Shown: positions 51,001-64,000, counted from the stretch's first letter. The stretch is 64,000 bases of DNA from Azolla caroliniana (GCA_043228905.1 JBHGNT010000002.1:16554001-16618000), one strand, 5' to 3'. The notes: generated from the sequence alone by a model not told the origin. Numbers and translations: made by a program.

Positions 51001-51932
51001 GACATTTGAGGGCCAGGTGCCCTGATCCTGAACACGCCGTGCATTGGAGAGCTTGGCGAAAGCGATTGTCCTCTTGGGGAAGAGCGTTTTGTAAGGATGT
51101 CATCGAGAAGGCCGCGCCGTGCTGGGTCCGATCGAGGGCGAGAACCCGCGCTATGACTTGTTCGATAGTATGGTGGGCAAAATTTGTAAGTGTGAGAGTC
51201 GTTCGGAGAGGCTCTCGTAAACTAGACAGGAAAGTGTCTGGTATATGTTGTGCCGAGACATCATCAGCCACTTGTCTATAGAGATCCTGGAACCGGATCG
51301 TGAACTGTGCGACCGTTTCGTGCGGTTCTCAGGGCGTCGGGCAGGTGGCCAAGATCTCGTGGTGCGAGGGGGCGCCGTAACGGCGGCTGGTGGTTACCTT
51401 CAACGAAGTTCGCTGTGCACTCACAGCTGTAACCGGACGTGCCATATTGTGTTACCCGTTCCTTTGGGTGAACACCTTTGATAGACCTGCGGCTATCGGT
51501 ATCCAAGGGCGTGGTACGTGAAGGCTCGTAAACAGAGGCGTCGTGAGGGAGAAAATAATCAGAGATAAAACACTAGCGAGATCTTGATAGGCGTGGACGG
51601 CACTGAAATCATAAGTACGAGAAAAAGCACAGACACATGGAGCCAGATGGGCACAAATCAGATATATTACTGCAACACCAAAAGGATTACAGAACACGGC
51701 CTACGGCCAGTGACCTTACTGGATTATCTAGTTACGATGGAATATGCTAGTGCTTCCGCCTATATTTTCTGCTCTCCCTCTGAGGTACTGGACCTCATTT
51801 AAATAACGTTTCCCTAATACACAACCGAGCCCGTGATACTCGGACTCGGCGTTCGCTGGCGTTCTTACCTACTCGGTTACACTACCGCCGTTCGCTAATT
51901 TCCTAATTTACATTTCTGTCCTCTGGACAACA
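48097..51932 (-). mobile_element. Non-autonomous Ty3/gypsy element E with 483-bp LTRs (48097-48579 and 51450-51932), gag-PR remnant and 3' extra ORF; RT-RH-INT deleted
   Basis: TSD CTACT; LTRs differ at about 20 sites, mostly transitions; gag and PR homologous to element D (CTACSGSGHLALKC...CPICQSRAHTVEQCEYN, CPFWLRMADT). Confidence 0.92.
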
Positions 51933-53051
51933 CTACTTTCGAATGGATGTTGGATTCGGAGCCAGGTGGTTGGACCATGTACACCTCCTCTCCTAATTGT
52001 CCTTGGAGGAAGGTGTTCTTTATGTCCATCTGATGGAGGTGACACCCTTTCGTTGTTGTGAGTGCAATCACGGTTCCAACAGTCGTCATCTTTGCCATCG
52101 GGGCAAAGGTCTCGTCATAGTCGACTCCATGTGTTTGTGAGTATCCTTTCACTATGAGTCAGGCTTTATAGTGGTTGATGGAGCCGTCAACATTATACTT
52201 CACTTTGTATATTCATCTGCCATCAATCACATTTTTGTGTGGTGAGTGGGGAACGAGATCCCATGTCTCATTTTTGCATAGTGCCTTCATCTCCTTGTTC
52301 ATTGCTTTGACCCATCATGGATCCTTGGATGCCTTAGCTGAATCGGCTAACCAAATTCTTCCCTTGGGTGGAGCGATGAAGTTTCTCATTTGTTGTGGCA
52401 ATGGCTTTCTTTACACCAAGTGCCCTTATGATAGGTACATCGAAGCCGCCGAGCGTTGTCGTCGGATTGATCGTCTTCATAATCCAACATTTTGGCCTTG
52501 GCTTTGTCCATCTTCAAACTTCGCCAAGATGTGCTTTGGTTACTTGGAGGCTCTTGTGGTCCGCTCAATCTGGTCAAGATTGGACTCTCTTAGGGTATTG
52601 ACCTTAGTTGATCATCGTCTTTTGTGTTGTCAAGGTTGTTCATAGATGGTTTAGGAAGAGTTAGCTTGGATTCATACCAAGATGTCGATTCTACAAAGAC
52701 TACGTCTGGACTTACGCGAACCTTCCAAGTAGAGGGGTTGAAGCATTTGTTACACCCCTTTTGCTCCACTAAGTATCCTATGAGGATTCATTTCTCTCAC
52801 TTAGGATCGAGCTTCTGTCCCTGCTCGTCAGGAATATGTACATACACAATTGAGCTGAATATCTTGACATGGGATAAATCAGGCTTCTTTCCACAAAACT
52901 TCTCATCGGGCATTACATCATGCACCCTGGAGGTTATACACCTATTCATGAGGTAAACGGCCATGTTGGCGGCTTCTTCCCAATACAACTTTGGCAAGTC
53001 CTTCTTTTTCTTCATGGCCCACACTACTTCGAGGATGTGCCGATTTTTACC

Positions 53052-53441
53052 TGTCGAGATACAATGTCAACATTGGGTGCGTAAACCGGGTGCGCAATGG
53101 GAGGCCGTAGCGGTGCATAAACCAGGAGGTCGTTGGATAGATATTCCGCAGATGAATATATTTTGGGAGTTAGTGTAGAGTCTCATTGATGAGCATTGAA
53201 GTACGTGTCAGTACTTTTGCCAGTCCGTATGGACTTGTATAAAAGTCCTCTCTAAGCACATCCTACGTGCAGAGTTTTAGAGTATTGTTTTGGAATAGAG
53301 TTTTTCTGTGTTCTGCTCTCTCTATCTCTCCTATGTACACTGTGTTGATTAAGCTTTCCATTAAACCTTCCTCATCTTCTTTGTCTTTTGTCTGTTGTTA
53401 CCCGATTGTGCCTGTTAAGCTTTCACACGTATTCTTTTACA
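53052..53441 (+). mobile_element. Solo copia LTR (family of 25850-26256)
   Basis: TG...TTTTACA ends; TSD TTACC/TTACG; interrupts the element G integrase. Confidence 0.85.
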
Positions 53442-54646
53442 TTACGTTCAGCCACTCCGTTTTGTTGCAGCGTATGTCAACACAAAAATTCTCACTTGAT
53501 TCCTTCTTGTCGAAGGTATGCCATGAATGCATCGGAGAAGTATTCTTGGCCTCCATCTGGCCAAAGATATTGTACATGTCGGTCAGTTCTCTTTTCGACT
53601 TCGCTTTTGAATTTTTGGAAGTGTGAGAACACTTCACTCTTCTGTCGCATGGGAAAGATCCATGTGTGCCCAGAGAAGTCGTCGATAAAGGTGACATAAC
53701 TGTATCGACATCCTCCAAATGTAGTCTTTTGGGCCGGTCCGCATACGTCGGAATGAATTACATCCAATAGGCCTTTGCTCATGTTCCTCTCTTTCAGGAA
53801 TTTGTCCTAGTGCTACTTGCCGAATTGGCAAGCTTCACATACTCCTTCAATCTCTTTCTCTTTGAATATAAGAAGTTCGATGATGAATCCTTTCGATTGC
53901 ATAACTCTATGGCTGATTCTCTTATGCCATAACTCTATGTCGGTATCGGCTTTGGTGCCTTTTGCAAACATGGCCATGAGTGATCTCAATGAATCAACCA
54001 CCATGGTTGAATCAAACTTGCATTCCTTGCTCCACAATTTGGCTGATAGAGACCAAATTCTTCGTGATGGTCAGTACATGCAAACATTCTTAATGTATGT
54101 TTTGTTGCCCTCTTCCCCGAATCAGATGAGTAGTGTCGTTTTTGGTTTCGAAATAACTAGGTCGATCTGGCTCGCGAAGTTCTCGGAAACATTCTTGATG
54201 AGATGTCATATGGTTCAAGGCACTAGAGTCGACAAACCATACGTCTTCCGTACATGAGGCACTAGTCAAAGTAGAAGCCAATATAGAATTTGCTCTATGT
54301 CTCATCACGAACATTCCACCATGGTCTTCATAGTCAAAATTGGTGGCATAATTGGTGAGTTGTTTTCTTTCACCACTCTTCTTCGTGGTGGCCAATTTTG
54401 CCGTAATATCTGCATTCGATTGAGTTTTGTCATCTTGGACCGACATGGAAGCTCCCCCTTCTTCCGAACATTCCTCAATTATTTCCTCGCCATTGCCCGA
54501 ATCGGCCTCTTCTAGCAGGGCCACGTCCTCTTCCTCCGTCCAAGTGTGTGTAGAGGCATGTGGCCTTCTGAGGCATTGCTCTTTGTTCGAACATGATTTA
54601 CTTCAACCAATAGCATTGATTGAAGATCGAATTAAGAGGGAGGATT

Positions 54647-57600
54647 TGCTAGGAAACGGGTCCCTTCGGATGGGAAGAGAAGAGCCTAGTTGATGAGAAA
54701 CCGAAATTGTGTAGACAACCAACTCGGAGGACTATACTTGTAAATAGTCTAAATATGCCCTTATGGGCTACACTTGTAAATAACCCAAAAGGTATACTAG
54801 TATAAGTACTTAGGGCAATCATAATGTTATGATGATGATTATCATGAGTTGTTGTTAAAGAGGTTACTTAGAAGGTCGTTGCCTCTGTAACTGTGTAACA
54901 ATAAGAGAGTGAGAGTGAGAGTGTGTGTAACTCTGTAGCCGTCTGTTGACGAAGTTGAATCTCGAGGTCGTTGGCTCAGAGCTTCTAGTTTTACTCCTCC
55001 TTTTAGCATAGTGATTCTGTTTCTCAGGGTTTGTGAACCCCCATGGTTTTTCCCATTTTGGGTTTCCACGCTAAAATCGTGTGTTTCTGTCTCTTGTGCT
55101 ATTTCTGTATTTGTACTTTGTCTGAGTGCATTATATTTTATGTTCTCGGCACCCGAACATCAGAACAAGAAGCTGGTTGTGGCCGGTCACGATTCTCGAC
55201 AAAGTGGTATCAGAGCGAACAACACAGGAAATGGAAGAATCGTTCGGCGGCATGTTCAAGCTCACTGGCTCCAACTACTTAGTGTGGAAGTCGAAGATGA
55301 GGGATATGCTAGTGGTTAAAGGTCTTTGGTTGCTGGTACAGTTCGGGGACAAGAGACCAGATAAGATCGATGCCACTGTGTGGGAGGTGAGGCACATGAA
55401 GACGACGGTATACATCCGGTACTTCATCGACATGAGCATGTACAACAATTTCAATGAAGAAAGTAAGGTTCATGAACTCTTGGAGAAGATCGGCATCATG
55501 TTCCAGAACAAGAATGTTGTTAATCGGGTTTCGGTATTCCAGAAGCTAGTGAGGATCCGGTACCAAGACGGCTCTAGTATGGCGGAGCACATGAATGCCT
55601 TCCCAGGACTGATAAACCAGGCAACCTCGTTGGAAGTACCTCTCGTCGATGAGGTACTCGCATTACTCCTACTCGGTTCCCTCCCGAATAGTTGGGAGAC
55701 GCTTGTTTTCATGTTGGGCAACGTTGGGCAGGCAGGAAAACAGTTGTCCCTAGCAAGAGTCAAATCAAGCTGGCTAGATGAAGAAGCTCGCCGAAAGGAC
55801 CGGGAGTCCGGAACTGATCCAAAGGCCCTGGTTATGGAAGATGACCACAACCGGGGAAGAGGCCGGTATCGGAGTCCCCAAAATAGGGACAAATCGAGGA
55901 CGAGGTCGAAGTCGAGAGGAAGGCCCACGTGCTTCTATTGCGGGAGCTGGGGCACTTTCAAAAGAATTGCCGACATTTCTGGAAGGAAAAAGGGGGAGCT
56001 GATGGTGTGCAATTGAAAAAAAATTAGAAAGCAGGAACACCTCGGCAATCACAAGTGAGGAGGAGTTGTTGCTCATTAGCGAGCAGAACGAAATGAACCT
56101 TGTTGGCGATGAATCGACATGGGTGGTCAATTCGGGTGCGTCATTTCACCTAACCCCTTACCGGAAATGCATCTCATCATATAGGGCCGATGATCTCGGA
56201 TCCGTAAAGATGGGAAATGAAGAAGCATGCCGAATCGTCGGCATTGGAGACATGTGTTTGGTGACCTCAACTGGCTGCAGACTTGAGCTGAGAGATGTTC
56301 CACACGTTCCGGAGGTTTGATTGAACCTAATATCAGCCGGTCGGTTGGATGATGAAGGCTACATGGGTAGCATCCCGAATGGTGTCATGATTTTCTGCAA
56401 GGGGAGACTAATCGTGGCTTGAGCACAGAAAACCAACACACTGTACGTAATGAATGCTCGATTATGCCGTGGGGAAGTGAATGTGGGAGCCGAAAAAGTT
56501 GGTGAATTGTGGCACAGGAGGTTGTGCCACATGAGCCAAAAGGGGATGCCCAAGCTTGCCAAGGAGAACCTCATTCCGGAGGTGAAGAACGTGCAACTTG
56601 AGAAATGCACAGACTGCTTGGCTAGTAAGCAAAATCGAACATCCTTCTGAATAAGGCCCCCAATGAGGAAGAAAATACCATTGGAACTCCTGCACACAGA
56701 TGTATGCTACGTGGACACGAAGGTGCATAGTGGTTTACAATATTTCGTGACCTTTATAGATGACTATAGCCAGAAGTTGTGGGTTTCCGTGCTGAAGACG
56801 AAGGATCAAGTGTTATCTATCTTCAAAGAGTTCCAAGTGAGGGCCGAGAGAGAAACCGGTCTAAAGCTGAAGGTAGTCCGAGCGGACAATGGCGGAGAGA
56901 ACCGCGGACTGTTCGAACAATATTGCCTAAAAGAAGGAATCTGGCTTGAGTATACCGTGCCAAAAACGCTAGAGCTGAATTGGCTGACTGAGAGAATGAA
57001 TCGGACCATAATGGAGAGAGTCTGAAGCATGCTTGCACATGCGAAATTACCGAAAACGTTCTGGGCTGAGGTGCTAATGACAACAACATATGTGATAAAC
57101 CTCGATCACCCTCAGTACCCTGGGACGGTGATATTCCACAACGGGTCTGGAGCGGCAAAGACGTGTCCTACGACATTTGAGGGTGTTCAGTTGTCTTTCT
57201 TTTGTGCATGCGACAAAGGACCAGAGGGGGAAATTAGACCCGAAATCTCGGCCGTGCATATTTCTCTGTTACGATGATGATAAGTTCGGCTATCCGCTAT
57301 GGGACTTAGCCGAGAAGAAGGTGATTAGGAGCTGAGACATTTTCTTCATGGTAGAGAAGACAATGATTGATTGGGAGAACGAGAAAAATTCTCCAACAAC
57401 CGAATCGAGCCGAGTCGATGCTCAATTGGATTGTGTAGATGACGGTTCGCTCAAAATTGAACCCGTACCAATCAATCGATCTAATACTCAGAAAAATCGA
57501 GAAAAGACTGATGATGAAGGGGATTTGGCTGAACGAGGAACTGAAATCAACTCGGACGAAGAGGTTGAAGAAGAACTAACCGTACCGAACGTAGGCCGAA

Positions 57601-59852
57601 GATACCCCCTTAGAGAGCGAAGAGCCCCCCGAAGATTTCCGGATGAAGAATGCGTATTGCTAACCAATGAGGGGGAGCCGGAAAGCTACGAAGAAGCTAA
57701 GAAAGATACCTGCAAACGAGAGTGATTATGTGCCATGCAAGAGGAGATGGATTCCTTGCATGAGAACCACACATACGAACTGACCGAGTTGCCGAAGGGG
57801 AAGAATGCACTTCGAAATAAGTGGGTATACAAGTTTAAACCAGGAGATGGCAGAAATCCACCTAGATACAGAGCACGAATTGTCGTAAAAGGCTTTCAGC
57901 AGAAGAAGGGCGTGGACTTCGACGAAATATTTTCCCCGGTAGTGAAGATGACATCTATCCGAACCGTGCTGAGCATTGTGGCCAGCATGGATCTCAAAGT
58001 CGAACAATTAGATGTCAAGACGTAGTTTCTGCACGGAGATATCGAAGAGGAGATATATATGCAGCATCCGGAAGTATTCGTAATGAAGGGTAAAGAAAAC
58101 CTAGTATGCCGATTGAGGAAGAGCTTGTACAGGTTGAAGCAAGCTCCACAGAAATGGTACCAAAAATTCGAATCCTTCATGACCAAAAACGGGTACCACA
58201 AAACGTAGGCCGATCATTGCGTATTTCTGAAGAAGTTTGATGGACGATATTTCCTCATCCTTTTGTTGTACTTGGGCAACATGCTAATTGTCGGACGGGA
58301 CCATATGAAGATCCGAGCACTGAAGAAGGACTTGAATGGGTCATTCTCGATGAAGGATATGGGTCCGGCAAAGTAAATCCTGGTATGCACATTGTTCGGG
58401 ACAGAACAAAGAAATTGTTATGGTTGTCATAGGAGAAATATGTGACAAAGGTGCTCCAGAGATTCGGCATGGAAGGCGCGAAACCGGTCGGCTCGATACT
58501 ACCGACGAACTGCAAGTTGTGTCCGAAATTGAAAACCGAAAAAGCCGAGATGTCAAAAGTCGCCTATACCTCGGCGGTTGGAAGCCTGATGTATGCAATG
58601 GTGTGTACCATGCCGGACATTGGATATGCCGTCGGAGTGGTCAACTGATATATGAGCAATCCCGGGAAAGAGCATTGGGTTGCCGTGAAATGGATATTTC
58701 GGTACTTGAGAGGCACCTCAAGCGTGTGTCTTCGTTTTGGCTCAGGTAACCCCACATTGGAAGGCTACACGGATTCAGACATGTCGACTGATGCAGATGC
58801 CAGCTGATCCACATCTAGATACGTGATGACGTATGCAGGGGGAGCTATCTCGTAGCAATTGAGGTTGCAGAAGCCGTATACATGGCGGCAATAGAAGCCA
58901 GCAAGGAAATCATATGGATGAAGGAGTTTATTAGTGAGTTGGGAATTCTGCAGGAAGAATTCCAACTCTATTGCGATAATCAGAGTGCCATCCAACTTGC
59001 AAAAAATGCCGCCTACCACTCGAGGGCAAAGCATGTCCAACGGAGGTATCATTGGCTCCGGGAGAGGGTAGAAGAAATGGAGTTCGCTCTAGTCAAGGTC
59101 CACATGGCCGAAAATGGATCAGATATGTTGACTAAAGTGTTACCAGCTGAAAACCTAAGCGCGTGCCGACGGAAGATCGGATTGGTGCAGTACCCCATGC
59201 CGGAGTGAAGGGGGAGTTTGTTACGAAACGGGTCCCTCCGAATGGGAAGAGAAGTGCCGAGTTGATGAGAAACTCGGCCGAGGCTGAAACCGAAATCGCG
59301 TAGATAGCCAACTTGGAAGACTATACCTGTAAATAGTCTAAATATGCCATTATGGGCTACACTTGTAAATAACCCAAAAGGTGTACTAATATCAGTACTT
59401 AGGGCAATCATAATCTTATGATGATGATTATGGGCTACACTTGTAAATAACCGAAAAGGTGTACTAGTATTAGTTGTTATTAAAGAGGTTACTTAGAAGG
59501 TCGTTGCCTCTGTAATTGTGTAACAATAAGAGAGTGAGAGTGAGAGTGAGTGTGAGAGCGTGTGTATCTCTGTAGCCGTATGTTGACAAAGTTGAATCTC
59601 GAGGTCATTGCCTCAGAGCTTTTAGTTGTACTCCTCCTTTTAGCATAGTGATTCTGTTTCTCGGGGTTTGTGGACCCTCGTGGTTTTTCCCATTTTGGGT
59701 TTCCATCTATTGTGTGTTTTTCCCAAATCGTGTGTTTCTGTCTCTTATGCTATTTCTGTATTCGTACTCTGTCTGAGTGCATTCTATTTTACGTTCGTTG
59801 CACCTGAACATCCGAACAAGAAGCCGGTTGTGGCCGGTCAAGATTCTCGACA
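54647..59852 (+). mobile_element. Compact full-length copia element H, decayed: 5' LTR 54647-55201, iMet PBS 55205-55216, gag-pol 55231-59208, PPT, 3' LTR 59219-59852
   Basis: TSD GGATT/AGATT; complete gag-PR-INT-RT-RH order with stops and frameshifts; GAAGGGGGAG PPT. Confidence 0.93.
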
Positions 59853-61394
59853 AGATTCTCCCTTGCTAGAATGATGGTTCTCATCACACCAAACCGTGGT
59901 GCAAGGCCGCCAAGGAATATTTGCATCATCTCATCATCCTCCACGTTGACGCTAATCGAGCTAAGTGAGTCACAAAGCTCCTTGATCTTCAAGGTGTACC
60001 TTGTGATGGACTTGTCTCTTTGTTGGATGTTGTTCAACTCTTAGTGGAGTTGAAGCATTCTTGGGGTTGTGTTAGCCGTGAAGATCTTCATTAGATTCTC
60101 CCATGCTTCCTTGAGTGTCTTGGTTTCTCGAATGTAGCCAAGCATGTGGACATGGACACATGTCACCAAACAATACATTACTCGACTCGCCTCTTGCTCC
60201 CATGTTGAGTGGTTGGTGTCTTTCGGGTCAGGATTGTTTTCTTGTGCTCCTTGAATGTAGCTCCAATAGCCTTGGCCGACAAGGTATTGGTACTTCCAAG
60301 ATGCAAAGTTGTTTTTGTCCAACTTCTCTCTAGGGAGAGTGATCCCCATTTGAGTATTCATTATGTCGATGTAGATTTCTTTCTTCTTTTCCGTCTCTCT
60401 CGAACATGAGCTATGTAGTGGCACTACGATAACGATAAGTTGATTCTTCTTGAACGTTGGCATAGGACACAACACACGCGAATGTGGTTGGTTGAGCTAC
60501 CAAATTGCTCTGATACCATGTAAAGAATCAGATATGATTCTGTGTGTTATGTGGGTATGTGTGAGAGAAAAGAGAGGAGAGAAGAGAAACACAAGATAAA
60601 TAGATGAGAAAATGAAGTACAAGATAAATAGATGTATATTAACAAGGAGAATAGTAAGTACAAAAATGCAACATTACAAGGAAGAACAACTGACACTATA
60701 TGTAGGAGGGTGATTTATATAAGGTCATCCTCTCTCTTCATTAAAAGCACACACTCTCTCTCTAGAGCTATACAAGCTCATGGGTTGTGGGGAATGTGGA
60801 AACTCATTAGTCATGTGTCATAGAATATGATTCTAGGACATATAGTTAATGTGTAGAAAGTAATGGTGACTTTTGACCTTTGAATGCTCATAAATTCTCA
60901 AAAGGTGTGTTCACACACTACACTAGGTTCAACTTGATTGTCAACATAAAGGAACCACCGCATGACGTACTCGAAACTTCAAACATTTCAATAGTCATTA
61001 GGTGGTAATGAAGCTTAGTTGTTTGTAACTCTAAGAACCTAATAATAGTTGGGACACTACTCGCTTGTTGGTTTCAAGCACAACTATCATTGTGGGTAAA
61101 ATATGTTACAGTATACGTAACTATTGCACGCAAAAAAAGAGAACTATGTATATCCCCCTAAGAACAACACCTTACTCGTATGTTATCCAACAATCAATGG
61201 AAAGAAACTAACACGCAGCTTCCATTTCATAATCTCACATAAATTGGGCAATAATTTAACATGCAATTTCCATGTCATAGTCTCCTACACCTAGATGACC
61301 AAATTGTCCTCTCTTTTGAAAACCAGCAACAAGTAAATATGTATTTACTATTTGTAGGTTAAGAGAGGGAAAATACCTCTTGAAGGTGTGGCTC

Positions 61395-62684
61395 GGCCGA
61401 TTTCAAATGCGTCTGACAACTGGGACTTCACTCGGCCGATTTCATCGAGTTCGGGTCCAGTGATGACTAGATCATCTACATATACTAGGATACAAACCGG
61501 ACCATCCAGATCTTTTAGGATGAACAATGAAGAGTCGGACATTGAGGCCACGAACCCCATCTTACGCAACTGGTGCGTGATTTTCACACTCCAAGCTCAG
61601 GGGGCTTGTTTCAGACCATAAAGTGACTTTTTGAGTCGACACACCGCCGACTGTTCAGCTCTGATTAAAATCTGAGGGGTTGGATCATATAGACCCGTTC
61701 CTCAAGTTCACCTTGAAGTAAGGAATTCTTCACATTCATTTGGTGAAGATGCCATTCCCTTGCCACAACAACAACCACTACCATACGAACCATTGTCATC
61801 TTCGCTATCGGAGCGAAGGTCTCGTCGGAGTCGATTCTGTGGGTCTCTGCGTATCCCTTCACCACTAACCGGGCCTTGTACCGGTTGACCGAACCATTGG
61901 TATTGTACTTTACCTTATATACCCACTTAAAACTGATTGGTTTACAATGACGGGGAGGGTCAACTAGGTCCCATGTGTCATTGGCATCGAGTGCCTACAT
62001 TTCTTACTCCATAGTAGCACGCCCATTTGCGTCTTTCGTTGCTATTGCGTAGCTCTCCGGCTCACGCACTTCCGCCACCTTGGTCATGTACACATAGGGA
62101 TGTGCCATGTACTGATTGTATCCGTACCGTTTTACGGGGAGCTTTTGGCGGGTCGACTGGTGTAATTTCTCGGCAGCCAGTTTGAGGCCCTTCTTGGCTA
62201 GTTTGGACTTCGTTTCTGAAGTTCCGCCTTCATCCTTTCCGGATTCATATTCCCTCCTATCTGACCCTTCACTACCGGTGTCGTATCCCCTTCTCTTTGC
62301 ACGTGAACCGTCTCCTCGGTTCCTTGCACGAGGAGAGCACGAAAGACTCTCCACTACTCGCCGGTTCTTCATCCGATTGGTCATTCCGACTCAGGCCATC
62401 GTTTAGGCCGCTCAACCAAAATGAGATCAGACTCTCTTCTAGAGTACAAAATTGCTCATCTTCTACTTGAAACTCTCCGGGTTCACTAGCCTCATCCTCT
62501 GGAATCGGGTCTTTGTCGGTAGTTGAAGTCGGTAGAGAGTACCATGATGCTGACTCATCAAACTCGACATCTTGACTTAATCGAACCTGTTTAGTCCAGG
62601 GTTTATAACACTTATTTCATGTGAGTAGCTAATGAGTATGCACTTCTTCGACTTCGGATCCAACTTCCTTCGCTTCTCATACGG
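61395..62684 (-). mobile_element. Copia fragment (integrase end to RT), family of element A
   Basis: Homologous to 1960-2440 plus 8221-9060 (RYGYNQYMAH, DSDETFAPIAKM, VYVDDLVITG). Confidence 0.85.
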
Positions 62685-64000
62685 CGTCGTAGTGTAATTC
62701 GCACACTACGTGAAAATTTGCACTTTTGGTCTCTCCGGATAGGACATGGAGTACCCGGTGAGAACCGGAAGGAGGAACCGGTAAGGACCGGACCCAGTGA
62801 GAACCAGATAAAGAAGGCCGGTGAGAGTCTCTCACCAGATGAAGAGACAAATTTGTAAATAAAATAAAAGATTGTTACATGCATAGGGAAAGATTCGAAC
62901 CTTGCACCTCCATGTTTATAATGTAAAACCTTACCATTATACTAACATATCATTAGTGTGAAAAAAGTAAATGTCCCACATAGAAAGGCAAGTTCACGCT
63001 AGGATAAACTTTAGTTAGAAGAAAAAGTTACGCATGCACATGTAGCGTGCATGAACACCATAATCGATAAAAACGCATCAAGTTAGAAAAAGTAGGATCA
63101 CTTTAGAAAAAGCATTTTAGAGAAAGAATAGAGTCTATCTATAGAAAAAGCATGGATGGTTAAGACTCTCTCATCACTATATAAGGATGAGCACAATGTA
63201 ATAGGGGGGCGTATGAAATATTTGGAAATTGGATATTCGTGGGATTAACGAAATAAACTATACTCGTGGGATTCACGAGATTTCTATATTCTTCAACAGA
63301 AATTCAACAGGCAATTCAACGGAAATGATGTGTCACACTATCTATGTGACTACAAGGCGGAGATGATGCGATGTGGGGTACCGGAAGGATTGCAAGTGAT
63401 ATCGTTCAATCGGGTGGCCACGGATGAGTTACAAGAGAGAATCCACAAGATACGGCAACAAAACCATACGTGGGGGACCTTTGAAGAAGCTTTACGAGAG
63501 GCATATGACTACGAGAGGTCGACGGGAAGAGATCGCCACGAGTTTGACCAATGGGTGGCATCGACAAAGACTCACCGAACAGCGACACTAGCATCCTTAG
63601 AGTTTGAGTATTGTTTTGCTCAACTCTCGGAGTGGGAACAAAGATCGATGGGGGTGGATAAAGTCCTAATGTTCGTAAGATCAATCAATCAAAAAGAAAG
63701 GATGGACATCGGGATCGAACTCGAAGACAATGACGGTGCGAATGGTCTTACCGAGGATTGGGCCGAAGTCGAAAGGGTATGTAGGAGACATGATGAGAGG
63801 AAGACGAGAATCTTGTCAATAGCAACATGGCCCATGAAGGATGGTAGATTGAGGAAAAACGATGTAGCCGATATGAAGGCCGAAATGCAATATGATGGGA
63901 CCACGTGAGAGAGTGTGGAACAAGACACCCTCTTGTCATGAGAAAGAACGACGACCAAGGATAAGGCCAATAAGCTAAGAGTGGCAAAAACCACTTCAAG
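62685..64000 (+). mobile_element. Gypsy-like element J: LTR-derived region followed by gag-like ORF 63330-63908; runs off the right edge
   Basis: LTR TATA region shared with 42463-44033; gag homologous to 290-685; LTR 3' end and PBS not recognisable. Confidence 0.75.
62882..62951 (-). other. Degenerate tRNA-like cassette with Pol III A and B boxes inside the LTR
   Basis: TAGTATAATGG (62944-62934) and GGTTCGAATC (62901-62892), tRNA-like spacing; partial T-stem AAGG/CTTT. Confidence 0.55.

Larger units (their letters stand above)
46501..60946 (-). mobile_element. Copia element G with both LTRs, decayed: 5' LTR 60519-60946, iMet PBS 60507-60518, 3' LTR 46501-46900; hosts three insertions
   Basis: TSD TAAAG (46496-46500 and 60947-60951); homologous LTRs; gag EKLDKNNFASW, PR WFVDSSALNHM, INT HSDVCGP, RT LYVDD, RH TKHIQVHYHFIRE. 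Confidence 0.92.

Overview
Eukaryotic plant genomic DNA, probably from a seed-free land plant such as a fern (inferred from a betaine-lipid synthase homologue, a Tcn1-type chromovirus and long introns). Roughly 80% of the window is nested LTR retrotransposon: several decayed Ty1/copia elements, non-chromovirus Ty3/gypsy elements, several solo LTRs (most with recognisable TSDs), and one very young chromovirus (2444-8220) with LTRs identical by eye. Three host genes lie in two islands: a 4-exon gene encoding only the N-terminal BtaB-like methyltransferase half of BTA1 (15712-20357, +), a convergent 2-exon DOMINO1/EMB514-like DCL-domain gene (21628-24004, -), and the last three exons of a glutamate-receptor-like channel (35656-36564, -). 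The most notable signals are: a gypsy element with opposed tRNA-Arg primer sites and no PPT; antisense tRNA-like Pol III A/B-box cassettes in two unrelated gypsy LTRs; Tf1-type self-priming, a -1 frameshift signal and a heat-shock array in the chromovirus; a conserved stem-loop around copia PPTs; and the split BTA1. All comparisons were made by eye, with no database searches.
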